Both the position numbers and the translations under genes were made by a program. Source: Haliotis rubra (taxonomy: Eukaryota). Taken from it: DNA of 64,000 nucleotides. Under the pieces are notes generated by a model that saw only the letters and a program-made list of their open reading frames with translations, did not search any database and was not told where the DNA came from. Numbering within the stretch: position 1 is the first letter of the stretch; every line of letters begins with the position of its first letter. The stretch covers positions 502,865-566,864 of the forward strand of contig NW_025766525.1 in the NCBI RefSeq assembly GCF_003918875.1, given 5' to 3'. This document shows positions 47,460 to 57,759 of the stretch, piece by piece.

Positions 47460-48700
47460 AAACACTGTCAGTGTTGTGGGGTGGCTTATCTCACCACTGT
47501 GGGATGGCTTATCTCACTTCTGTGGGGTGGCTTATCTCATCACTGTGGGGTGGCTTATTTCACCACTGTGGGGTGGCTTATTTCACCACTGTGGGGTGGC
47601 TTATCTCACCACTGTGGGGTGGCTTATCTCACTACCGTGGGACGGCTTATCTCACCACAGTATGATGGCTTATCTCACCACTGTAGGGTGGCTTATCTCA
47701 CCACTGTGGGGGAATTATCTCTTTTCCGTTGGGGGCTTATCTCACCACTATTGGGTGGGGTATCTCACCACTGTGGGGTGGCTTGTCTCACCTCTGTGTG
47801 TGTGTGTGGGGGGGCTTGGGGGCCTTATCTCACCACTGTAGGATGGCTTATCTCATCACTGTAGGGTGGCTTATCTCACCACTGTGGGGTGGCTTATCTC
47901 ACTTCTGTGGAGTAGCTTATCCCATCACTGTGGGGTGGCTTATCTCACCACTGTGGGGTGGCTTATCTCACCACTGTGGGGTGGCTTATCTCACTTCTGT
48001 GGAGTAGCTTATCTCATCACTGTGGGGTGGCTTATCTCATCACTGTAGGCTGGCTTATCTCACTTCTGTTGGGGGCTTATCTCACCACTATTGGGTGGGG
48101 TATCTCACCGCTGTGGGGTGGCTTGTTTCATGACTGTGGGGCTGCTTATCTCACCAATCTGGGGTGGCTTATCCCATCACTGTGGGGTGGCTTATCTCAC
48201 CACTGTGGGGGTTTATCTCACTTCTGTGGAGTAGCTTATCTCATCACTGTGGGGTGGCTTATCTCACCACTGTTGGGGGCTTATCTCACTTCTGTTGGGG
48301 GCTTATCTCACCACTATTGGGTGGGGTATCTCACCACTGTGGGGTGGCTTGTCTCACCACAGGGTGTGTGTGTGGGGGGGCCTTATCTCACCACTGAGGG
48401 GTGGCTTATCTCACCACTGTGGGGGGCTTATCTCACCACTGTGGGGTGGCTTATCTCACCACTGTGGGGTGGCTTATCTCACCACTGTGGGATGGCTTGT
48501 CTCATCACTGTGGGTGGCTTATCTCATCACTGCGGGTGGCGTATCTCACCACTATTGCTTGGCTTATCTCACCACTATTGCTTGGCTTATCTCACCACTG
48601 TGGGGTGGCTTATCTTACCACTGTGGGGTGGCTTGTCTCACCACTGTGGGGTGGTGTATCTCATCACTGTGGCTTATGTCGACACTTTTGGGTGGCTTAT
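47460..48700. repeat. Minisatellite in PARP4 intron 21, about 23 bp x about 54 (cactgtggggtggcttatctcac)
   Basis: Read directly. ORFs 47454-48747 are artefacts. Confidence 0.9.
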
Positions 48701-48916
48701 CTGACCCCTGGCTGATCACTGTGGCTCGATTCCCCATGGGAAGATAATGTTTGAGGCGGGTTCCTAAAGCCCTTGCTAACAGGACCCAAGTTAAAACAGT
48801 ACATTGATTGGATAATACATTGTTTAATGGATTAAAGTTATTGATGTTGCAAAAACCATACATGTAGAAATGTTCCTATTTTCCCTGATGAATAAACTGA
48901 AGCCTTCCATCAACAG

Positions 48917-49087
48917 GTGAAGTCTCAGCTGAGTAAGGCCTCACAACCAGGTCTGACCTCGGTGGCAGTTGAGTGGCAACAATTTGACAATGATGCAGCA
49001 ACATTGCCACAAGCTCCGCGGCAGATCACAGCTCTATTCAATGGCTCACGTCAAGTTGTATATGGACTGGTACCTAACTGCACCATG
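48917..49087 (+). CDS. PARP4: PARP4 exon 22
   Basis: The acceptor is catcaacag|GTG and the donor is ATG|gtgggt. ...SVAVEWQQFDNDAATLPQAPRQITALFNGSRQVVYGLVPNCT matches human ...SVSVKWQQLNPDVPEALQAPAQVPSLFLNDRLLVYGFIPHCT. Confidence 0.9.
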
Positions 49088-49122
49088 GTGGGTATATATG
49101 GGTAGTAGATGTGTTAACGCTT

Positions 49123-49125
<3 letters not shown>

Positions 49126-49180
<55 letters not shown>
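49126..49180. repeat. (GAT)n microsatellite inside the 114-bp PARP4 intron 22
   Basis: gatgatgat... repeats about 18 times. Confidence 0.95.
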
Positions 49181-49201
49181 TATCTGACTGTTTCGATGTA
49201 G

Positions 49202-49282
49202 GCAACCTTGAAAGCTGTTGTTGGGGGACAGGAAGTGTCAACAGTAGTCTCGACGTCTGAACTTAGCATCACAACAGGAATG
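49202..49282 (+). CDS. PARP4: PARP4 exon 23
   Basis: The acceptor is tcgatgtag|GCA and the donor is ATG|gtaaga. ATLKAVVGGQEVSTVVSTSELSITTG matches human ATLCALIQEKEFRTMVSTTELQKTTG. The preceding 114-bp intron contains (gat)n. Confidence 0.85.
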
Positions 49283-49652
49283 GTAAGATATTTTAGTGTT
49301 GTTTTCATTCATGCTGAGAAGTAGTGAGTGTGTTGTTCACTCCTGTGACTCACAGATAGACATGTCTTCATTGTTTGTGTATTGAATGTAAATACATATC
49401 GATGCAAACATATTGATATCTCCTTGTCATATATTATCGTTTTTTATGATCCTATTTCATGTGTAACTAGTAAAATCAGGCCTACTGGCCTAACATCAAA
49501 TGCTTCCCTTGTATGGCCCAGTGGTAGGCTCATATATAATCATCATGATGCACCTATTTGTTGTAATCCCACAGGTAAATCACTAAATAGGTACAAATAG
49601 TGAAAAACATCTTAACCTGGTATCAACTGACCCCTGTATGTCCTGATTACAG

Positions 49653-49733
49653 ATCGTTCACCGCCTGACAGCGCGGTCACTTATACGAGACTGGGAGGAT
49701 GGTATGCTGTCTGCAGATCGCACACAACACGAG
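49653..49733 (+). CDS. PARP4: PARP4 exon 24
   Basis: The acceptor is gattacag|ATC and the donor is GAG|gtcagt. IVHRLTARSLIRDWEDGML...TQHE matches human IHKLAARALIRDYEDGILHENETSHE. Confidence 0.9.
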
Positions 49734-50213
49734 GTCAGTCCCATGATGCACTGTCACTTCTTTTCTCGAAACTGAAGAAATGAGTTAATCTTTATTTCTG
49801 AACCCATCTCTGTGACTTCAAATCTGTATAAAGCTAGACCAGTTATATTTTCCCAACATACTTGTACCTCTGGTAGGATCAGGGCTAGCCCACAAAGTGA
49901 TCCCAGCGCTACAACTATCTTAAGCCTAGGTTGGAGAAACGGAGTTACAATCATCGTAGTGCTAAGATCGTTTTGTGCAAGTGAGCCCTGTAGGAGAAAT
50001 ATATAATGTTGTTGAAGTTATTTAAGGATGGTTATCTTCTTGAAAAGTGTTTCATTAAAAAATGAAGACAATGAATTTAAAAGGTTCTGCTTGTTGTACC
50101 TTTAACATATGGAGTCAACACTTGTTTGTAACGTTAGAAAATACAGTTCACCAAACTTGGCACTGTAGATACATGTGTTTAACATTCTACCAACAAGCAC
50201 CTGTATGTTGTAG

Positions 50214-50315
50214 ATTTTGAAACTGAATCTGAAGAACTATGTGATTGACTTGAGCAAGGAGTATTCCATTGTCACTCAGTTCACCAGCTTTGTTGCCATA
50301 GAAACCAGAGATGAG
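50214..50315 (+). CDS. PARP4: PARP4 exon 25
   Basis: The acceptor is tgttgtag|ATT and the donor is GAG|gtaagg. LKNYVIDLSKEYSIVTQFTSFVAIETRDE matches human LKSLIIKLSKENSLITQFTSFVAVEKRDE. Confidence 0.9.
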
Positions 50316-50869
50316 GTAAGGAATTTCTTCCCCACCATCAGGGCCTGTCAGTTGGAGTGATCAGATGAGTTAGGAACCGTACGTGTCTTGTCTGAGGGAA
50401 GAATCCGCTGCCTGCTGATCAGGTGCTCTTTAGGATCTGTCCAGATTTATTATTTGGGGGTTTATACAGAACCAAAAGTGTTGCAAGAAAAATGTCTGCT
50501 GCTCTAAGTAGATATTCTCACCTGAAATTTTCAAGCTATGAATACGACTTTAAATAATGTATTTGAAACAGATTAGTTTTTCAGTCAGACTTTCAGTTTA
50601 ACATGCGCTGTCAATGGAACAAGGAAGTCTGCCATGTTGTGGAGTGGTAGCGCGCCATCTTCCTGAGGAGCAGACTGCTACAGAGTATGTGGCCCTGACG
50701 TTGACATTGATGTAATTGTCCGTCTCGTACCCAGATTCTGATGTTTTGTGCTCCTTTTCTGGAAGGAGGCGTCAAACCAGTTAGTTACTGTCATACATGA
50801 TATTAGTAGACTCTGTCCACTGAGAAAATATTCAAGTTTTGATCTGAGTAATATTTGTATCCCGGCTAG

Positions 50870-51179
50870 GATGAGAAGAAAGGCCTGCGGGAGTCAGGTG
50901 GCCCCAGCATATTTGAGTTGGTGAGTGGTCACAGCATGGACATCCTGGACTACATGGGATGGGAGGGGGGACAAGGACGAGGAGAAGATGAGCAGGTCGG
51001 AGGAGGAGCTGGAGGATTTGATGATGGAGCCGGAAGAGCATGACTCATTGATGGAGGAGCTGGACTACTTGATGGACGAGCCAGAGGAGTATCAAGCGAT
51101 GATGTTGGACCTGGACGAGGCGAAGATTATGGAGGAGCAAGGGACAGGGATGGAGCTGGACAAGCTTCAGTCTGAATTT
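50870..51179 (+). CDS. PARP4: PARP4 exon 26 (acidic, repeat-containing C-terminal region), with an apparent +1 frame discontinuity in a G-run near 50960-50970
   Basis: The acceptor is cccggctag|GAT. ...SIFELVSGHSMDILDYMGWEG matches human ...VSELIAKEDVDFLPYMSWQGE. After the gggagggggga run the long acidic ORF (EELEDLMMEPEEHDSLMEELDYLMDEPEEYQAMMLDLDEAKIMEE...SEF) continues in the +1 frame and ends at the donor TTT|gtaaga. The exon is 310 nt, which is 309 plus 1. Confidence 0.5.
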
Positions 51180-51575
51180 GTAAGAATACCTCAGTAAAAC
51201 TCTGTAGTTGCAGACAATAGAAAGCAAACTTAATACTCCCCCTTGATCTATTTGACTAGGAAGATATATAGACATCTTGCATTTCATTCTGTATTGATAT
51301 ATTACGTCAATAAATCTAGATACCAATGTACTTGGTTTGTTGCCAGTGTAATGACCAACAGTTTGTCAACTTGTGCGTGGAAATATACCTTATGTTAGCA
51401 TGTACATTAAAACATAATAAGATTGGTCTCAGGATGCAATGTTTATGTGTAAAGTGTATATTTTTCCTTATCCTGACTCATGCTCTTTTGCTTACCTCAT
51501 GAGTCAGGATAAGTATAAAATATCAATTTTATTCAGAAAATTACATGTTTTTATAATTGATGTTATTCTTTCCAG

Positions 51576-51600
51576 GCAACCTCGCCCCCGTCGATGCAGG
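51576..51600 (+). CDS. PARP4: PARP4 putative 25-nt micro-exon 27
   Basis: It runs ttctttccag|GCAACCTCGCCCCCGTCGATGCAGG|gtaatg. It is needed to bring exon 26 (phase 0) into phase with the terminal exon, and it is an inference from phase bookkeeping. Confidence 0.4.
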
Positions 51601-51965
51601 GTAATGATATTTTACATTTTTATGGCAAAGAGTATTTTTTCAAGTGATGGACATTTTGTTATGACATATGTGTTTCTGTATTTCGTAAGTGTTTTTGATT
51701 GATCTGTCTTAAACAAAATAGTAGAAGTTGTTAAAGGTGACTGAGCTTTGTCAAAATGTCAGTCCTACTGTTTTGTCTATGTATTAAATATATGTCAATG
51801 CATATCAGTTTGACACAAGGCTGAGTTCTAGAAGAAAGATAATGAATATGAGTAGATGTTGACAGTGAAAAGCAGAACCCCCTTTAACACTGTAGGACAA
51901 TATCCAGGAGTAGATGTAAAACAAGATGTGTAGTTTGACAATGAGATGTGTTCTTGTGTTTACAG

Positions 51966-52087
51966 AAAAGCTGATGGCTTTCAAAGGAGCTGATTTCTCA
52001 GCCTTTGATGATTATGATTCTAGTGAGAGCTTGGATGATGAATGGGATGACGGAGCCCAAGACAGTTTGCGGACATCTTATTTGTAG
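51966..52087 (+). CDS. PARP4: PARP4 putative terminal coding exon, with stop TAG at 52085-52087
   Basis: The acceptor is tgtttacag|AA. In phase 1 it reads EKLMAFKGADFSAFDDYDSSESLDDEWDDGAQDSLRTSYL* as an uninterrupted acidic tail. In phase 0 it stops immediately. Confidence 0.45.
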
Positions 52088-52276
52088 GTTGATTTACCCT
52101 TCGTACTGCTATAGGGACATCACAATCCCTGTGGAGGGTTGCTTCCCCTTGATGTACCAGGAACCTATGATGGTTGGTTCACATCAAGTTTGTGCCCTCT
52201 GTGTCCTGTATTAATATCTGTATTATTTTCACATTGGTGTATAGTCTCATTGGTCACCCAAGATAGCACACCTGGC

Positions 52277-52391
52277 TAGCTATTCTCGAAACGTTCGTAG
52301 CCCTACGGACTTCTTATTCCCATTCTTAAAACGTTGGCTACGATCAAACTTAAGAATTCTTAGGGCTACGAACGTTTCGAGAATAAGGGCA
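52277..52391. mobile_element. Palindromic MITE of about 115 bp with 5-bp TSD (ctggc), a filled site
   Basis: The sequence reads cacctggc|tagctattctcgaaacgttcgtagccct...agggctacgaacgtttcgagaataagggca|ctggcaactaa. The paralogous empty site near 53950 reads cacctggcaactaa. Confidence 0.7.
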
Positions 52392-52743
52392 CTGGCAACT
52401 AATTGCATAATCTCCCCCATTCTTTAAAGAACAAGTAAACTTTGTTTTTTTAACTATTTTTTACGATCTCTTTTAACTATTACATATGAAAGATTTGTGG
52501 TTAGTCTTATGTGGAACACCAAATTAATTCTTAAAAAACTTGTGATTAATTAATACCGAGCGATTAAAAGTTGCCAAAAAGTAGCCTGCTTCACTCTCGC
52601 CCGCAAACGAAACCACAGACAGGTTACGTAACTCTGTCGCCAGAGCACTGCAGTGACGTCATATGAGGAACGATTTTCAGTTAGTTGTATAGAAAGTGTG
52701 TAGCAAGCTCGTCATTTTGATGCTTTCTCGACATCAACGAAGA

Positions 52744-52925
52744 CATGCCGAATCGTTGTGTTGTCATCAATTGCTCCTAGGGGTCGGGTGATGGTGTCAC
52801 CATGCACAGATTTCCACAGGACCCCGCAGTTCGTGCTAAATGGGTTATGTTTGTGAGTGCGAAGCGAGCGTTGTGGAAGCCTGAAACGATATCTTACTTG
52901 TGTTCAGATCGCTTCACGGAAGTTA
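52744..52925 (+). pseudogene. Decayed THAP-type zinc-finger domain (P-element transposase-derived DNA-binding domain)
   Basis: The translation is MPNRCVVINCS*GSGDGVTMHRFPQDPAVRAKWVMFVSAKRALWKPETISYLCSDRF. The C-x4-C, HRFP, (R)AKW and WKP...LCSD[H to R]F hallmarks are present, but there is an in-frame TAG and the His ligand is lost. Confidence 0.5.
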
Positions 52926-53470
52926 AAGAATCAAAACTACTTACTAGTTGTAGTGAAATATGTATATGATTTATGACATAAAGATTGTCCATGACACAAC
53001 TTGTAACATAACGATTTCTTTCTCGGAAGCGAGGTGGTCGAAGTAACAATAATACTGTAAGTAGTATTATATTGACACCCACCTCGATTCCACGAGAGAA
53101 ATGTTATGTTATATCCTATGTCATGCAAAATGCTATTGGCCATCAATCAAATACATATTTTACTACCAGTAGAAAGTAGTTTGGATTTTGTAACTCGGTG
53201 AAAACAAACCTAAACAGCATTTATCCTCACACTGGCCGATGTTCGCGACAGGGCGCCGCAATTTTTTAAATACGTGAAGTCACGGGCTAAAGTCTGTTAG
53301 TATTAATGAGATTATGGTTTGTTTTCATCAAGTTAGAAAATCAGAACTACTTTCTACTCGTAGTTAAATATGTATTTGAATCATGACCAAAAGGATTTTG
53401 CATGACACAACTTATAACGTAATGATTTCTTCCACGGAAGCAAGAAGGGGTTCAAAGTCACAATACTGCG
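52900..53470. repeat. Diverged inverted and direct repeat cluster (hairpin arms about 52900-53030 and 53040-53170; a third, direct-orientation copy at 53330-53470)
   Basis: caaaactacttactagttgtagtgaaatatgtatatgatttatgacataaagattgtccatgacacaactt... recurs in the same orientation at 53330-53470 and as a diverged reverse complement at 53040-53170. Confidence 0.45.
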
Positions 53471-53904
53471 CGATAACTTTCTTGCTACATTCACGTGGTT
53501 AACGTCTATTCACCAGTATGCAGATACTAGTCAATGTACGTCTTTATATTTGGTCTTATAATCCTAATTAGTTTATTATCATACTTGTGTGCATTTTGAA
53601 ACTAAATAAAGAGGAGACAATCTGCTGATACTTATAACAGGACAGTAATATCTAGACATTTTATAGTTTGCCAATGTGAATCATAATCCGCACACACGCC
53701 CTATAGTGTATTCACGGCGAAAACAATGATTCTGTTGAATGCTACCACAAATGAATAAGAACAAAATGCAAATATCAAAATTAAGACAGATTAAAGTTAT
53801 AGGAACAATGTCAGGCTATTACCTTGCTCGGGGAATGTATCCATCAATATCCACAAAAACGAGATGTGTCTTTTAACATTCTAATATATGAAAAAGTGAC
53901 ATAT

Positions 53905-54010
53905 CGTTTCAGGTATTTCACATTGGTGTATAGTCTCATTGGTCACCCAAGATAGCACACCTGGCAACTAAATGCATAATGTCCGCCATTCTTTAAAAAA
54001 AAGTAATTTA
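53905..54010. repeat. Local duplication of 52215-52276 plus 52392-52440 (the empty-site paralogue of the MITE insertion)
   Basis: cacattggtgtatagtctcattggtcacccaagatagcacacctggc(aactaaatgcataat...) occurs at both places. Only the first copy carries the MITE. Confidence 0.7.
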
Positions 54011-54999
54011 GTTAGCCAACAATGAGCAATCAATCAATGTATTGGCGGTCAATCCTTTGAAAGAAGGACGTTGTTTTTTCGCAGACACAGACACGACAGA
54101 GTGTATTCAGTATAGATTAGTAAATCTACATACAAAAACACCACCTCTTGACAAATCCGCTGTGTAAGATAAAAGTAATTAATCAATCAGCGTGCTATCG
54201 GTTAATCCTTTGATCCTTTGATCGATGTTTATAATTTTGAGTATTTACTCCTGACACAAGAAATGTCAAATGGGAACCTTTGTCGGGTAATCTAAGTAGT
54301 GTTACCGCTAATTATTCCTGTTAAAATTCATTAACTGACCATCAAGTGAATGATGACAAATAACATGTGTAGGTTTATACCACCTAATCAGGTTACAGAA
54401 TCGTCTATGAAAACAAGTTGTAACTCGGAAACTAGGCAAAGTAGGAGACAAAAATAAATGACAGTAGATTGTGAGAACATATAGCTTTCATTTTTTTTTA
54501 CAACAGTTGTCACGATTTCAGGTTTATACAAACCTGTAAACAAGATAATTTACCCCCTGAAATGTACATGAATTCTGCATCAGCCCTCATATTTATTCCT
54601 CACATGATGTCACAGAGACGCATCGCTCTGATTAGTTGAAATTTCATGCGCGGGTGAGAATTGTGCACTGTTGTCAAAAAGGTCAATTTAAGTTAATTAA
54701 AGATCAAAATGAGTAGTTTTAATGACAAAGTTTCATTTATAACAATGCGACTAACAGGATCGGGTGGTCAGGCACATTGACTTGGTTGACACGTTATCAT
54801 ATCCCAGTTGCATAGGTTGATGCTCAAGCTGATTGTGTGGATTGTGTGGTTCATTTGTTGATTATTGACAGATTTTTAACACATTGCTTTGTTTCACCAG
54901 AACTGGGACTGAAATTGAAGAAGCATATACAGCTGGTGAGAAGAATAGTACCGATGACAGTCTAGAATCTGGTAGGTGTTTCAGGATTGTAGTTCTGGG

Positions 55000-55104
55000 C
55001 CCTTATTCTCGAAATGTTCGTAGCCCTAAGAATTCTTAACTTTGATCGTAGCCAATGAGTTGAGAATGGGCTTAAGAAGTAGGGCTACGAACGTTTCGAG
55101 AATA
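55000..55104. mobile_element. Second copy of the same palindromic MITE family
   Basis: The sequence reads ttattctcgaaatgttcgtagccctaagaattcttaactttgatcgtagccaa...agggctacgaacgtttcgagaata. The internal segment is inverted relative to copy 1. Confidence 0.6.
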
Positions 55105-55254
55105 GCCAGCCTGGCTAGTAACATTGTCTTGAATGCACATGTTAAAGATGCACTTCACACAATGCCTCAATAGCTGACATGTTCATGTGTTGTAAAGGCA
55201 CCAAGCACATTAGGGTATAAATGTTCAATTTAGTTTCCTGTGAGGAAGTGTGTG

Positions 55255-55560
55255 GTCATCACTGAGGTAAAAGATCATGGCAGACCTAGAAGACCGAGGA
55301 AGACCAATGACTGTTATGTTGTGACTGTTAAGTCCACACTGCTGGTGTGGTGTTGTGTGTGGCCATCAGTGAGGTAAAAGATCATCGCAGACCTAGAAGA
55401 CCGAGGAAGACCAATGACTGTTATGTTCTGACTGTTAAGTCCACACTGCTGGTGTGGTGTTGTGTGTGGCCATCAGTGAGGTAAAAGATCATCGCAGACC
55501 TAGAAGACCGAGGAAGACCAATGACTGTTATGTTGTGACTGTTAAGTCCACACTGCTGGT
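55255..55560. repeat. Tandem repeat, about 120 bp x 3
   Basis: ggccatcagtgaggtaaaagatcatcgcagacctagaagaccgaggaagaccaatgactgttatgtt.tgactgttaagtccacactgctggtgtggtgttgtgtgt occurs three times. Confidence 0.85.
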
Positions 55561-55952
55561 GTGGTGTTTTGTGTCAATGAGTTGGATCTCGTTACCGGGC
55601 GGAAGTACTGGATACTGCAATCATGCCACATTTGATCACCATCCCAATTCCAGGCCCAGCTTGTTACTGTAAAGGGCACTTGCTCTTCAGCCACTGGTGC
55701 TCCACAGGGATGTGCCCTTTCTCCTATCTCGTTTATTTGCTCTACAAATAACTGCCAGTGTACAATAACTGTCTTATGATGCAGCTCAGCTGGTTTTGAT
55801 AAGGATTCAGAACTGGAATACAAAGCAGAGATTTCTAAATTTGTCATGGTGTAAAGGTACTTTTCTATTCTTTAATTGTAACAAAACTACAGAAATTAGT
55901 ATAGATTTCAGAAAATGGAAATGGTCTTAGTCTTTGGTTCTGAAATTTTAAA

Positions 55953-56156
55953 CTTATCCTATCTCACAGTATGCACCTCTCCTCTTCTTCTACGACCATG
56001 TTTGGAAAAGTGCTGTAGGCTAAGTTGAATCAAATCTTGCTGGCCTCTGACCCGCCCTGACCTCTGCCCCCACTCCGACATCAGCACCTGTCAATCATCT
56101 CCGCAAGTGTGGAGCTCGCTCAGATGATCATGTGACTACCTGTGCCTGTCATTCTC
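55953..56156. repeat. DIRS-like element left ITR
   Basis: It runs cttatcctatctcacagtatgcacctctcctcttcttctacgaccatgtttgg...cctgtgcctgtcattctc, the reverse complement of 62501-62701. Confidence 0.85.
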
Positions 56157-56692
56157 TTTCTTGTCACTACGTGGTGTGGACGTGTGCTTGTCTCTAAGAA
56201 AGTTTGATTGTGTTTCCAACAATGGGAAAATCTAATCGCAGTGGTTCTAAGAAGCGCAAACATCGCGGTAATTGTAACAGTAACTTCTCGGCGGCAGACC
56301 CACATGCTTAGGTCGTTGTGAGTGGTCTCAACGTTGTACTTTTTGTGCAGACCTCAACGACGATGATTTCTCTGAATACCGACGGGTGGCTTGTAGACGC
56401 ATGTCAGATAGGGATCGTTGAAAACCATCTGAGGGTCCATCTGCATCCGTCGTTCGAAGTCCCCGACTCCTAATGAAGATTTCCTAGGGGAGGCGTCTGA
56501 TTCTTACCTCAGTGGAAACTTACGGCAACTTTTCCGACCGCATGCCTCTAACCCCATAACTTTAGAAGACTCTTCTCCACCTAGGGTTGTCGTGTTATCT
56601 ACATCTTCTCTTCAGCCCCGTCCGTCTTCGGTGATAGCTATCCCTCAGTGCACTTTGGGTCCTGAGGTGGGGATTTCTGGTGCGGCGATGGT

Positions 56693-57759
56693 GTGATTCC
56701 TAGCATTACATCTCAAGTGACGCTTCCTTGCAGTGCGGCGCTTTCCACTTTGGTGGTTGTTACTACGTCTGTTTCCCATTCGGTGTTTGCGTCGAATGTG
56801 TCACTTGCTTTGGGTACAGGGGATAGTTTTGATGCGGCGCTTTCTCATCCTCCGGTGGGGTTGACAAGTGTGTCGATGATTCCCAGAGTACCTTTTTCCA
56901 CTTCTATCCCGTATCCTGTACCGTTTGGTTATGGGCCACCATTCAGCGTTCTTGTTTGCCCCCAGTTCAGTGCTTACTACTGGTGCTCCTGGTTCGGCGC
57001 TTCCTCTCGGTGTTCCCGGTTCGGCGCTAATTCATGCAGGCTTGGGTTCGGTACTTCCTCATGGTGCTCCCGGTGCGGCGCTTACTCATAGTACTCCCGG
57101 TTCAGCGCTTCCCCACGGTGTTTGTGCTTCGGTGCTTAGGCATATTGTTCCTGGTTCGGCGCTTTCTCATAGTTCACTGGCTTCAAGATTGACTCATGGG
57201 GCGTTTGGTTCGCTGCTTCCTCAGGGTTTAGTGCTTACCTATCATGTGTCTAGTTCAGCGCTGGGTCCGCTCAGCTCAACTTTTGCTGTCAATGCCCGGG
57301 ACCTTACGGCTTCATCGTTGCTTCATAGGGGTGTGTCTCAGTCTGCTAGAGGTCCGTCTTCTCTTAGTGAGGTGCCACATCATCTCTCGGTGTCTGCTTC
57401 TGTTTCGTCGGTTCCTCCTACAATGGGATCGGTGGCCAGACCCATTTTACCGGTATCCTGGAATCTGGGGTCTGAGGTTTCGAGTTCTCAACCTATGGAC
57501 CTATGTTATTGTGCTAGCGGTAGCGTCAGCATTACGACAGCAGGTGTCAGCATCTTCCTCTGCTAATCAGTCATCAGGTCCTTTGACTACTCCAGTTCCT
57601 CTTTTAGAGGAGGTTCATCGTTCGACGACGCCATCTCCTTCGTGTGATGATACGGCACTATCCGATGGGTGCATGGATGCTGTTGACACACCTCAACTAC
57701 TTGTCTGGATTGCCGATAGCCTTCGTTTACAGCATAGTAGTTTGCCGGGGGATTTATAA
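56693..57759 (+). other. DIRS-like element 5' ORF region (putative gag-like), spread over three overlapping frames
   Basis: ORFs 56693..57091, 56925..57566 and 57244..57759 overlap in different frames and are Ser/Pro/Leu-rich. Frameshifts or decay are implied. Confidence 0.3.

Noticed and set aside
24796-48747. ORFs inside the intronic minisatellites (24796-25209, 29866-31449, 38028-38614, 39253-39525, 42660-43208, 47454-48747)
   Set aside because: Each is a periodic translation of a tandem array located within a PARP4 intron. There is no splice or coding context.
50921-50935. Alternative strong donor TTG|gtgagt inside exon 26 at 50921
   Set aside because: The next AG (cacag at 50935) would give a 14-nt intron, which is far too short. 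The conserved residues ELVSGHSMDILDYMGWEG lie across it, so it is read through.
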